Assembly (NCBI GenBank): GCA_965208725.1
Contig: CBDBPI010000001.1
Coordinates: 668,687-732,686 of the forward strand
Source of the DNA: Dehalococcoidia bacterium
Lineage (GTDB): Bacteria; Chloroflexota; Dehalococcoidia; Lucifugimonadales; GCA-2712585
DNA length: 64,000 bases
Direction: 5' to 3'
Shown here: one piece after another, positions 18,029 to 27,084 of the stretch
Position numbering within the stretch: the stretch's first letter is position 1
Layout: every line of letters starts with the position of its first letter
The notes under the pieces: generated by a model
Seen by the model: only the letters and a program-made list of their open reading frames with translations
What the model was told of the DNA's origin: nothing
Databases searched by the model: none
Translations under genes and position numbers: made by a program

Positions 18029-19555
18029 TTACGCTTTGGACTGATACTGAAGTTGGGATTCTTCGGTGTCGCCGCTGCCTTCGCCGGAAGGTAAACTCTT
18101 GGAAAGCCACAGGCTGGGGATGATGCCTAAGAGCATGAGCCCGGCGGCCACGCGGTAGAAGTTCTGGAACAGGGCAATTCCCACCTGGTTGAGGTTTTCG
18201 CTGTATTCGTCAATTCGCAGCTGGAGAGCCTCTGTAGTCTCGCCCGCCTCGGGCAGGGGCACCTGAAGTCCCGCGATCTGTGCCTGAAACTGCTCCATGC
18301 CCCAGGCCGCCAGGGCGGCAAGTCCGAAGGCCATTCCTATCATTCGAGCGACGGTGACCATGGAAGCGGCGGTGGCCTGATATTCCTGGCCGCCCGTTTC
18401 CATGGCGGTGACGAATAGGGGCGCTATGACGAGGCCGAATCCCGCGCCCGCCAACCCAAGATGCAGGAATAGTTGGGCTTCCGTTACGTTCTGGCCCCAA
18501 CCGCTCATGAGCCATAAACCAAGGGCCGCCAGGGCCATGCCGGACACGGAAACCGCCCTTGGCCCGATGCGATAGGTGAGATATCCGCCAAGCAGCGCGG
18601 CGATGGGAATGGCTCCGGTGAGCCTCATCAGCCGCAGTCCGCCGCCGAAGGCCGACTGTCCGTGGACGGTATCGGCCATCAGCGGCACCGTGACGAGGGC
18701 AATGACAAGGGCGGCGCCCACCAGCATCTTGGCTCCCACGGCGGAAAGGGCCTCCGCAGAAGCGAAGAATCGGGGGTCCATGAGGGGATACCTGAGCTTC
18801 ATCTGGGTCGATACGAAGATTGCAACAAGAATTATGCCCGAAGCACCGAGAATATAGGCCAGAGGCGCGGCTCCCGTGAACAGGCCTCGCTGAGACAGGG
18901 CTATCACCAGAAGAACCAGCCCGGCGGTCAGTAACAGGCCGCCCATATAGTCCACCTTCGAACGGGACGTTACGACATTCGGAATAAGGCCGATTGCGAC
19001 AAGGATTATCACGGCCTGGGGGATGTCCAGCCAGAAGAGCCAGCGCCAACCGAGAGCCGCCGTGATGCCGCCACCATAGAGGGGTCCCAGAACAACGCCA
19101 ATCTCCGCCGCCGCACCGACGATTCCAACCGCAATTGCCTTGCGGCGGTCCGGCAGGTACTGGGCGGCAATGGCCATGCCGATGGGAATTATCGCCCCGC
19201 CTCCAATGGCCTGAATGACTCTGCTGCCCACCAGAAGAGGCAGGTTAGGGGACAGGGCGACCATGGCGGACCCGACGGCGAAGACGAGAAGGGAGACGCG
19301 CAGCACCAGACTGTGGCCGTATACGTCGGCCATGCGGGCGACGAGGGGAATGGCCACGGTGTATCCCAGCAGGTAGCCCGTTACTATCCAGGAGGCGTGG
19401 TCAAGCTCGTTGACGCCGATCTCCAGGTCTACCATCATCTCCGGCAGCACCGTGACGACGACGGTCTGGTCGAGGGCCGTGAAGATAGCACCTAGTGATA
19501 CGAGGCCTACCATGACCCAACCGGAGCGGGTTATCTTGTCGGTTTGAGACGCCAT
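18029..19555 (-). CDS. MFS transporter, DHA2 (14-TMS EmrB/QacA-like) drug/lipid exporter
   Basis: 508 aa and highly hydrophobic, with LDQTVVVTVLP and the GRMADVYG-type motif A (ARMADVYGH). Confidence 0.85.
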   Translation of the reverse strand: MASQTDKITRSGWVMVGLVSLGAIFTALDQTVVVTVLPEMMVDLEIGVNELDHASWIVTGYLLGYTVAIPLVARMADVYGHSLVLRVSLLVFAVGSAMVALSPNLPLLVGSRVIQAIGGGAIIPIGMAIAAQYLPDRRKAIAVGIVGAAAEIGVVLGPLYGGGITAALGWRWLFWLDIPQAVIILVAIGLIPNVVTSRSKVDYMGGLLLTAGLVLLVIALSQRGLFTGAAPLAYILGASGIILVAIFVSTQMKLRYPLMDPRFFASAEALSAVGAKMLVGAALVIALVTVPLMADTVHGQSAFGGGLRLMRLTGAIPIAALLGGYLTYRIGPRAVSVSGMALAALGLWLMSGWGQNVTEAQLFLHLGLAGAGFGLVIAPLFVTAMETGGQEYQATAASMVTVARMIGMAFGLAALAAWGMEQFQAQIAGLQVPLPEAGETTEALQLRIDEYSENLNQVGIALFQNFYRVAAGLMLLGIIPSLWLSKSLPSGEGSGDTEESQLQYQSKA

Positions 19556-19562
19556 TTACTTG

Positions 19563-20270
19563 CTAGATGGGCGGCTTTTCGATGGTGACGGGTTCGTTGA
19601 AGCCGCCGAGGGTTAGTATGCGTACGTAATTTTCTGCATCGGTATCGACTACGCGGCCCTGAATACGAGCCTTCTCAGGCATGAGACCGATGCCGTCGAA
19701 ATCGCGAATCCACACCTCCAGCCCCACCACGTGGCCCTGGCCTGCGTTGAAAATTATGCCGCTGATCTCCTGGGAAAGCACGTTGCCGGTGATGCGCCAC
19801 GAGTCTTCACCATAGCCGCCATCCATGTAGGCCGCATCCGTCATGGCTTTCATGATATTTCCAACGTTGATGCCGACGTTGGTCAGGTCGAAAGGCACGG
19901 CGCTCTGGTCGACTATTCGCCATTCCCCGGTCAGGGGATCGGTGAGGTAGTATATGCCCTCCTTGCGAACGACGGAAAGCTCAAGGTAGGCGCGGAATAC
20001 ATCCACCTCTCCTTTGATCTTGACGCTTACTTCGTCCGGCATATCAACGACGCCTGAAATCTCGTTGGCGACGACGCCTGTCATCAGAGGAATGTTTCCG
20101 GACTCGTTGCTAAGGGTGAAGGAAAGGGAAGTCAAACCCAGCAAATCATTTGCGGACTGGTTCAGTATCTCCGTAGGCGGGCGAGGCGGGGGCGTCGGGG
20201 TGTCGTCGCCCGGGCCGCAGGAAACCGCAAAGAGCAACAGCATCGCCGCAAATGGCAAGGCCAGCTTCAT
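19563..20270 (-). CDS. LppX/LprAFG-family-like lipoprotein
   Basis: Has an MKLALPFAAMLLLFAVSCGPGDD signal peptide with Cys and a ~215-aa mature domain. Its stop is 7 nt before the MFS gene start. The family assignment comes from context and weak motif recall. Confidence 0.55.
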   Translation of the reverse strand: MKLALPFAAMLLLFAVSCGPGDDTPTPPPRPPTEILNQSANDLLGLTSLSFTLSNESGNIPLMTGVVANEISGVVDMPDEVSVKIKGEVDVFRAYLELSVVRKEGIYYLTDPLTGEWRIVDQSAVPFDLTNVGINVGNIMKAMTDAAYMDGGYGEDSWRITGNVLSQEISGIIFNAGQGHVVGLEVWIRDFDGIGLMPEKARIQGRVVDTDAENYVRILTLGGFNEPVTIEKPPI

Positions 20271-20339
20271 CGAGGCCAGTCGTCCAAAGTCTCTCACACT
20301 CTTCCCTCTCAAGGTGCTTTGCCGCAATTGTACCGCATC

Positions 20340-21578
20340 TCAGTTCCATGACCAAAAGGCCAGGGTGCCGCTTGCGATGCGCCTGGGCACGGACCCCGGC
20401 TCCGTGTTGATTACGTATATGGACCCCCGGTCGGGGGCAGACCCGTTGCTCTCGTCGGTTCTTTGTCCTGTCTGGCCGGCGAACACGAGGCTCTTGCCGT
20501 CCGGAGACCAGATGGAATGGGAGTGGGCGTACTGGTCGAAGAACGACAGGGCCGTAATCGTACCCTGGGAGGGGATGAAGCTGGTCAGCTCCCAAGGCTC
20601 TCCGCCGCTCGTCGGGACCACCTTCCAGACCAATCTGCGGGTATCCACGTCGATGGCAACGTAGGCAATGTGATCGCCGTCGGGGGACCAGTAGAAGGCG
20701 GCCATGGGTTCCTGGACCAGAGTGACGGTTTCCCCACCGTTGGGGTCAATCAGCCGCAGCTGGCGATAACCGGGGGAGCCGGTGCGGGCGCCGTCGGCGA
20801 CGGCGATTACGTCCTTCGCGGGCGACCAGAGGAGGGCCGCCGGAGGCGCTACAGTCTCAAGCTGTCGGAAGGCTTCCGAGCCGTCCGGTTTGCCCACCAG
20901 AAGGGCGTTGCCCTGCACAACCTCGGTGATGAAGGCCAGGGTCTGTCCGTCCAATGACAGGTCCGGGGCCCTGAAAATGGGGGACATGTCCGCAAGCTCA
21001 ACGGCGGGAGCGTGGAAAGGGGCGACGGAACGGGCCAGCACATCCCGGGAGTGGATGACTATGGAGCCACCGTCGCCGGCCCACTTGAAATACAGGGGGC
21101 CCTGGCTGCTCACCACGGCGTTCTCGCTCCCGTCATTGACGAAGAGAACGAGGGCTACGGTCGTAGGCGCGATGAAGGCAAGCTTCTCGCTGTCGGGGGA
21201 CCAGTACATATAGTGGGGCACGGAATCGGCGATGATCGGGCTTGCACCGGGTTCGTTTCCGTAGATTCTGTTAAGGGACCCGGTGTCGACGTCGATTGTC
21301 AGGAGGGACACCTGCGGTTCCTCGCCGCCCAGCAACACACGGGAAACGGCTATCTTTGAGCCGTCAGGAGACCAGGTGGGCCAGGAGTGCAGCACGGTAC
21401 TCTGGCCATGGGGACTGGCAAGAATGCTCCCCAAAGAACGGGCGGTGGTGGACCCGGTCAGCCTCCTTGAGTCTGACCCGTCCGGCTTGATGGTGAAAAT
21501 GTTGTCATCCACGCCCACGTAGACAATCCGGTCCACAGCAACCTCCGCCTCAGCAGTTTCCCCGGCGGGAGTCGTCAC
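20340..21578 (-). CDS. TolB-like WD40/beta-propeller repeat protein (true start probably upstream, see findings)
   Basis: 412 aa with repeated W(S/T)PDG(S/K/D) propeller blades (WSPDGSKIA, WSPDSEKLA, WSPDGDHIA, WSPDGKSLV). The ORF-track start is a GTG. Confidence 0.75.
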   Translation of the reverse strand: MTTPAGETAEAEVAVDRIVYVGVDDNIFTIKPDGSDSRRLTGSTTARSLGSILASPHGQSTVLHSWPTWSPDGSKIAVSRVLLGGEEPQVSLLTIDVDTGSLNRIYGNEPGASPIIADSVPHYMYWSPDSEKLAFIAPTTVALVLFVNDGSENAVVSSQGPLYFKWAGDGGSIVIHSRDVLARSVAPFHAPAVELADMSPIFRAPDLSLDGQTLAFITEVVQGNALLVGKPDGSEAFRQLETVAPPAALLWSPAKDVIAVADGARTGSPGYRQLRLIDPNGGETVTLVQEPMAAFYWSPDGDHIAYVAIDVDTRRLVWKVVPTSGGEPWELTSFIPSQGTITALSFFDQYAHSHSIWSPDGKSLVFAGQTGQRTDESNGSAPDRGSIYVINTEPGSVPRRIASGTLAFWSWN

Positions 21579-21716
21579 CGGTCTGGACCCGCAGGCGACG
21601 GAAACTATAAGGAGAAGTAGAGCGAGTCCAACCCCGAGGCCAATGAAAATATGTTTGGCTGAAGAAAGCCAGTTTAAGGCGATTGGACCCTCCAGACTCC
21701 AGCGGCTCAGACGCCG

Positions 21717-22856
21717 CTAGTCGCGGGCCAACTGGAATATCTTGCCTTCCGTCTTAATAGACGGGGCGATGATCATCTCCGCCTTGTGAAACTCCGGCAC
21801 GTTCATGGCCCCGCACATGCCAAGGGCGACCTTCAGGGCGCCCACCAGATTCTGAGTGCCGTCGGTGACGGAGGTCGGGCCGTAGAGAATCTCCTTCAAC
21901 GTACCCTTGGTGCCCACGTCGATGCGGGTGCCGCGGGGCAGTTCCGGATGGGGGTTGGCCATGCCCCAGTTGTAACCGCCGCCGGGGGCTTCCCGGGCCT
22001 GGGCTAAGGGGGTGCCGATCATGACGCCGTCTGCGCCGGATGCCAGGGCCTTGCAGAGATCGCCACCGGTGCGGATTCCACCGTCGGTAATGACGGTCAC
22101 GCGTTTACCCGTCCGCTTGTAGTGTTCTTCCCGGGCCGCGGCGCAGTCCAGGGTGGCCGTCACCTGGGGAACGCCGACTCCCACCACCTCGCGGGTGGTG
22201 CAGGCGGCGCCGGGGCCAACGCCCACCAGCAGGCCGCTGATACCCGTTTCCATGAGCTCCAGGGCGGTGTTGTAGCCGACGCAGTTGCCCACCACGACGG
22301 GCACGTTCACCTGGTCGACAAGCTCAGAGAAGATGAGGCCACGGTAACTCCTGGAGATGTGGCGGGCAGTGGTGACAGTGGACTGGACAAACAGCAGGTC
22401 AGCGCCGGCTTCGACGGCCACGGGGGAGAGCCTCTTGGTGTTCTGGGGCGTGACCGCAACGGCGCAGGTGGCGCCCGACTTCTTCACGCTTTCGACGCAA
22501 TCGCCGACCATCTCATCCCGGATGGGTTCGGAGTAGACACGCTGCAGCAGGGACGTAACCTCCTGCAGGGGGGCCGATGCTATCTCTTCCAGCACCACGT
22601 AAGGATCCGGATAGCGGGTGTATACGCCTTCCAGATTGAGGACGCCAAGACCCCCTTTTTGACCCATGAGAGAAGCGAAGGAGGGAGAGACAATGGCGTC
22701 CATGGATGAGGCGAGGATGGGAATGTCCAGCGTGTGGTGGCCAATGGACATCTGGGTGGAGGTCATGTCGGGATTTACTGTGACCTGACCGGGGACAATG
22801 GCCACTTCGTCGAATCCATAGGCCCTTCGGAGTTCCTTAAAATAGGGTACGGACAT
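21717..22856 (-). CDS. guaB3: GuaB3-family IMP dehydrogenase-related protein
   Basis: 379 aa. It is a TIM-barrel IMPDH-like protein lacking CBS domains, with [28 protein letters not shown] and [11 protein letters not shown]. Confidence 0.85.
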   Translation of the reverse strand: MSVPYFKELRRAYGFDEVAIVPGQVTVNPDMTSTQMSIGHHTLDIPILASSMDAIVSPSFASLMGQKGGLGVLNLEGVYTRYPDPYVVLEEIASAPLQEVTSLLQRVYSEPIRDEMVGDCVESVKKSGATCAVAVTPQNTKRLSPVAVEAGADLLFVQSTVTTARHISRSYRGLIFSELVDQVNVPVVVGNCVGYNTALELMETGISGLLVGVGPGAACTTREVVGVGVPQVTATLDCAAAREEHYKRTGKRVTVITDGGIRTGGDLCKALASGADGVMIGTPLAQAREAPGGGYNWGMANPHPELPRGTRIDVGTKGTLKEILYGPTSVTDGTQNLVGALKVALGMCGAMNVPEFHKAEMIIAPSIKTEGKIFQLARD

Positions 22857-22955
22857 CCATCACACCTCGCGGGGGGGGAAGAGCCAGAAAAGGCTTTGGC
22901 AGACTGTAGCAAAGGGTTATGGTTAAGTCAACACCGGCCCATTCGGGTACCTCAA

Positions 22956-22984
22956 TTGACTTGCGAAATTGGCCGTGTTAGAGT
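22956..22984 (+). promoter_or_regulatory. sigma70-like promoter (TTGACT-N17-TAGAGT) for infC-rpmI-rplT
   Basis: Hexamers at 22956..22961 and 22979..22984. The GAGGAGG RBS at 23009..23015 follows. Confidence 0.45.
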
Positions 22985-23025
22985 TTTAATTCGATTTGCA
23001 CCCAATATGAGGAGGCAACCACGCC

Positions 23026-23577
23026 ATAGTTCGCGAATATCGAGTAAACCAGTTCATCAGGTCGCCAAACGTGCGCGTCATCGACAGCGATGGCACGCAG
23101 AAGGGAATCATGTCCGTTCAGGATGCCCTCGAAATGGCACGGATGAAGAACCTGGACCTGGTTGAGGTTTCGGCGACGGCGAAGCCGCCGGTCTGCCGGA
23201 TTCTTGACTACGGCAAGCTGCGATATCTCCACGCCAAGAAGGTGAGGGAGTCCAAGAAGTCACAGAAATCGAATATCATGCGAGAGGTGCGCTTCCGGCC
23301 CAACATCGGCGCCCACGACCTGGAAGCCAAGACGCGGAAGGTGAAGAAGCTGCTGGCCGACGGCACCAAGGTGCGGGTCGCTGTGTTCTTCCGCGGTCGG
23401 GAAGTGACCCATCCGGAGCTCGGCATGGCCCTTCTCCGGCGAGTGGCAGACCAGTTGAAGGAAGAGGCGAAGCTGGAGCGTCCGCCGACGATGGAAGGCC
23501 GGGCGCTGGCCATCATACTGACGCCCAACTCCGGGGTGAAGACGGGCAAGAAGCCCGCAGAGGTAAAGAATGCCTAA
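23026..23577 (+). CDS. infC: translation initiation factor IF-3 (non-AUG, probably AUA, start)
   Basis: The ORF track begins at GTG 23071 (RVIDSDG...). The in-frame upstream codons after the TGA at 23008 read [20 protein letters not shown], which matches the conserved IF-3 N-terminus. ATA at 23026 sits 10 nt after GAGGAGG. Confidence 0.8.
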   Translation: MVREYRVNQFIRSPNVRVIDSDGTQKGIMSVQDALEMARMKNLDLVEVSATAKPPVCRILDYGKLRYLHAKKVRESKKSQKSNIMREVRFRPNIGAHDLEAKTRKVKKLLADGTKVRVAVFFRGREVTHPELGMALLRRVADQLKEEAKLERPPTMEGRALAIILTPNSGVKTGKKPAEVKNA

Positions 23578-23770
23578 ACTGAAAACACACAAGGGCGCGA
23601 GAGCCCGATTTCACGTAACCGGTTCCGGGAAGCTGATGCGGCGGAAGGGGATGAGCAGCCACCTTCGGCGGAAGAAGCCGAAGAGGGTGCGTAGGACCTA
23701 CGACAAGAAGCTGCACACCGCCAAGAGCACGGTCAAGAACCTGAAGAGGTTGATGCCCAACAGCATCTAG
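23570..23770 (+). CDS. rpmI: 50S ribosomal protein L35
   Basis: [21 protein letters not shown]..., 66 aa. It overlaps the infC end by 8 nt. Confidence 0.92.
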   Translation: MPKLKTHKGARARFHVTGSGKLMRRKGMSSHLRRKKPKRVRRTYDKKLHTAKSTVKNLKRLMPNSI

Positions 23771-23865
23771 ACCTCCGATTGACAGCGAAAGCTGGATTCA
23801 CACCCCAATCGGCGCATGTCTGCGCGAATTTCACTAGAAACATCATCACGCATTAGGACGTAACA

Positions 23866-24228
23866 TTGACCAGGGTTAAACGAGGAGTCACCAAGCACCG
23901 AAGACACAAGAAAGTCCTGGCCCTGACGAAGGGGTACCAGAACTCTCAGAGCCGGCATTTCCGGCGGGCGAAGGAGGCGCTGATCCACGCGTGGAGCCAC
24001 GCCTACCGGCACCGTCGGGAACGGAAGCGAGACTTTCGCCGGCTGTGGATATTGCGGATCAACGCGGCGTCTCGCGCCCTGGGGCTGAACTACGGCCAGT
24101 TTATCCACGGGCTGAAGCTGGCCAACGTGGACCTGGACAGGAAGGTGCTGGCGGACACGGCGGTGAGGGACCCCGAGGCCTTCGCCCAGCTGGTGGACAT
24201 CGCCAAGGAGGGTCTGGCGGCAGCTTAG
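23866..24228 (+). CDS. rplT: 50S ribosomal protein L20
   Basis: M(TTG)[23 protein letters not shown]..., 120 aa. Confidence 0.92.
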   Translation: MTRVKRGVTKHRRHKKVLALTKGYQNSQSRHFRRAKEALIHAWSHAYRHRRERKRDFRRLWILRINAASRALGLNYGQFIHGLKLANVDLDRKVLADTAVRDPEAFAQLVDIAKEGLAAA

Positions 24229-24279
24229 GGGATTTGGGGAACGTGCCAAGGACTTTAAACATTTATCAGGTATCAAGGC

Positions 24280-25341
24280 TTAATCTTTGGGTGGGACAGA
24301 ATCCTCTTTTGAATCCTGCTTCTGGCCAAAGCCTAAGAGGCGCCCCATTGTTCTATTATAGCAATCGACAGATCCTACCACTTCGCCTGTTCGCATCGTC
24401 AAATACTGGAGTTCCCAGTCATTGGCACCCACACGACCAAAAACTGCACTGCTAGCTCCTTGCAATAGATCACCATATTTGTCCATCTCTTCAACTAACT
24501 TTCGCAATTCTATAGTTGGGAAATCCTCATCAAACTCGGTCTTCACGAGCAAAATGAGTTCCAATTCACCCGGTATCACAATCTGAATCACAGGCGCTCT
24601 TTTGTCATGTGCTCGGCTCCTCTTGTAGGATCTCAGTATTGCCTTCATCTTCTTACTTAGAGAATCCGCAATTTCGTCGCCTACTTTCCTCAAGGTTTCA
24701 TCTACTGTGTAGCGAACAAATTTCTCCGCTCTCCGCAACATCCAAACGCCGAATGCTAAAGCTGATGCAATGTCAGGATTGGACAAGACGAACTGCATGA
24801 ATGGCTCAGGTGTAACCGAATAGCGCCCAATCTTGTTCTCGCAAATGATTTTGTCGTCTATGGATCTGACATCGCTTTCAAATGATGCATACTCTTCTAA
24901 CTTGGCAAATTTTGCCAAGTCCACTGAGAGTGTATCGTTTAAAATCTGGTCACCCACGTAACTCCGACCTGCAAGTGGCTTTGGACTATCCTCAAAACGG
25001 AATAGGACTAGATCATCACCAGACCGAAGATGTGTCACTATCGAGTACCCATCCTCAACATGGATTTGCGCTACGAGAGCATAATCCTCCTTAATTTGCT
25101 CAACCCAGGCCTTCTCTATTTTCCCGATTGGTAAGGAAAAAGGATCATGGTCAATCGTCATTGGAATCGCATCACTCTCCTCCACCTGACCTGCTACAGC
25201 CTCTAGCGCCTCTTTTGTTATCCTTTCCGAATAACTGCCTCGCTCAACTATCGCAGTGGTGGCCAATATTCCATGCACTTTTGCCATAATTGGATATGCT
25301 CCATTAGGTGTTGTCGTAACTGAATCACAATTGTAACGCAA
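24280..25341 (-). CDS. hypothetical protein on a low-GC insert (no family recognised)
   Basis: 353-aa ORF (336 aa if it starts at ATG 25287, MAKVHG). GC is about 40-45% by eye against ~60% in the flanks. See findings. Confidence 0.55.
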   Translation of the reverse strand: MRYNCDSVTTTPNGAYPIMAKVHGILATTAIVERGSYSERITKEALEAVAGQVEESDAIPMTIDHDPFSLPIGKIEKAWVEQIKEDYALVAQIHVEDGYSIVTHLRSGDDLVLFRFEDSPKPLAGRSYVGDQILNDTLSVDLAKFAKLEEYASFESDVRSIDDKIICENKIGRYSVTPEPFMQFVLSNPDIASALAFGVWMLRRAEKFVRYTVDETLRKVGDEIADSLSKKMKAILRSYKRSRAHDKRAPVIQIVIPGELELILLVKTEFDEDFPTIELRKLVEEMDKYGDLLQGASSAVFGRVGANDWELQYLTMRTGEVVGSVDCYNRTMGRLLGFGQKQDSKEDSVPPKD

Positions 25342-25453
25342 ACCGACCTTTGTCAGTCGTTCGTAACGGTACTATCAGCTAAAGAGATCAACCAAAATCC
25401 ACTCGGCTTTCTACAGAATCACGACTAAAACTAAGGATCTTTATCTCTCGCGA

Positions 25454-26353
25454 TTATTTCCCCAATCCATCTGCATGCCCCCTCCCAAACGGCAGCAGCG
25501 TGGCCGTAACCAAAGTGGCCCAGGTCAGGGTGGCGAGGGCGACGTGGAGGGCGCGTAGGGCGGTGGGGAGTCCCCACCAGACGGTGAGGGCGCCGACGAG
25601 GACCTGGGCGGCGAAGACTGTCAGGGCCAGGTGGACGACGGACTTTGAGAGTTTGGGTGTTGGCGTTCGGTAGGCTATCCATGCGACGGCTCCGAGGAGG
25701 CCAAGGGCGATGACGGATGCGATGCGGTGGGCGACGTGGATGAGGGGGAGTTCGGAGACCACCCACAGCTTTCCACCCTGGCACAGGGGCCACTGGTTGC
25801 AGGCTCCGGCAGCGCCGGTGAGGGCCACGTAGGACCCGGACAGAATCAGCAGCAGCACGCCAATGGCAGCAGCGGCGGTCACAAGCACCCGTCCGTCGAT
25901 GCGGTTGGTTGATGGAGAAAACCCGAGCCAGGCGCCGAGGGCTATGATGATGAAGCAGGCCAGGAGGGCCTGTGCCATTGCCATGTGAATCATGACCACG
26001 TAGGTCTCCAGTTCCGTCAGGACAGCGGCGCCTCCGAGGATGCTCTGTCCGATGACCAGCACCAGTCCCACAAGGGCGGGCCAGAATATCCATGCCCGAG
26101 AGCGATAGTGTCGCCAGGCGACGACGAGGGTCGCCAGCACCAGCAGTCCCAGGGTTGCCGCCACCAGCCGGTGAGAGTATTCGATGAGGGTCTTGGCCTC
26201 GAAAGGCGGGATTATCTGACCGTGGCAAAGGGGCCAGTCGGGGCAGCCCAGGCCGGAGTCGGTGATGCGGACGATGCCGCCCAGAACTATGAGGGCGAAA
26301 GTGCCCAGCAGGGTAGCGAGGGTGAGGTATCGGAAGTGCGGGCCTGTATTCAT
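25454..26353 (-). CDS. ctaA: heme A synthase (COX15/CtaA)
   Basis: 299 aa and polytopic, with GGIVRITDSGLGCPDWPLCHG and a second CNQWPLCQG Cys pair plus conserved His residues. Confidence 0.85.
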   Translation of the reverse strand: MNTGPHFRYLTLATLLGTFALIVLGGIVRITDSGLGCPDWPLCHGQIIPPFEAKTLIEYSHRLVAATLGLLVLATLVVAWRHYRSRAWIFWPALVGLVLVIGQSILGGAAVLTELETYVVMIHMAMAQALLACFIIIALGAWLGFSPSTNRIDGRVLVTAAAAIGVLLLILSGSYVALTGAAGACNQWPLCQGGKLWVVSELPLIHVAHRIASVIALGLLGAVAWIAYRTPTPKLSKSVVHLALTVFAAQVLVGALTVWWGLPTALRALHVALATLTWATLVTATLLPFGRGHADGLGK

Positions 26354-26397
26354 ACAGCCCCCTAACTTATGTAGCGGCAGTTATGCCGGCCAAGGGT

Positions 26398-27084
26398 CTA
26401 CTGAAGGGTGAGGAGATACTCCACCAGAGTGTCGAACTCCTCGTCCGACATCATCCCGCGCAAGGGCTGCATGACGTTGTCGTATCCTTCAAGAACGAAG
26501 GCCTCGGGCATTTCAACAGACTGGCGGATGTATTCTTCGGCAGATAAGCCAGCCACTCGCGTGCCGGCTCTGGTGCCAATGCCGGTCATTTCGGGGCCAA
26601 TGACGCCAACGGCGCCCGTGAGGCCTTCGATGACGTGACAGCCGCCGCAGCCGCGACCGACAAATATGGATGGACCGTCGGTGAGTTCAACCGGCGCGCC
26701 TTCCGGAGTGGGGGCAGGCACGACGACCACCTCAGGTGGCGGCGTAGCTGCTGACGCAGCTGGTGGATTGCCGATGTCGAAGTTGTCGAAGAGGGTTATC
26801 AGTCCAAGCACCACGCCGATGGCCAGTACCAGCCCTCCGGTGAAGAAGCTGCTGAACAGCTTGTGGTCGTACCGGAGGTGCATGAAGAAGGCAACCACCA
26901 GCCAGAACTTCATCAGGGACAGGATAATGAGGCTGGTGACGATTACCCAGGCGGGGATGGGCCAGTAGAAGGCCCACACCTCGATGGCGGTGACGACGGT
27001 CAGAATAAAGCCGACCAGAAGGTAGGTCGAGATGCGCGGGAGGGGCTTCTCGTCGGGATGGCGGTCGTGCTGCATGGCGTCCAT
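26398..27084 (-). CDS. cytochrome c oxidase subunit IV (prokaryotic CoxIV family) fused to a C-terminal mono-heme cytochrome c domain
   Basis: The N-terminal ~110 aa have 3 TMS with KFWLVVAFFMHL (the CoxIV signature). A Pro-rich linker follows, then GCGGCHVIEG (CxxCH) and a distal Met (NVMQP). Confidence 0.75.
   Translation of the reverse strand: MDAMQHDRHPDEKPLPRISTYLLVGFILTVVTAIEVWAFYWPIPAWVIVTSLIILSLMKFWLVVAFFMHLRYDHKLFSSFFTGGLVLAIGVVLGLITLFDNFDIGNPPAASAATPPPEVVVVPAPTPEGAPVELTDGPSIFVGRGCGGCHVIEGLTGAVGVIGPEMTGIGTRAGTRVAGLSAEEYIRQSVEMPEAFVLEGYDNVMQPLRGMMSDEEFDTLVEYLLTLQ

Noticed and set aside
23007-23180. The ATG at 23007 overlaps the GAGGAGG site, and I considered it as the infC start.
   Set aside because: It is out of frame with IF-3 (a 64-nt offset to GTG 23071). 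Its product has no IF-3 similarity, and the ATG sits on top of the SD rather than downstream of it.
25431-26228. A 265-aa minus-strand ORF overlaps ctaA in another frame.
   Set aside because: Its product is Pro/Arg/Gly-rich and low-complexity. The alternative frame (25454..26353) gives a clean COX15/CtaA membrane protein.
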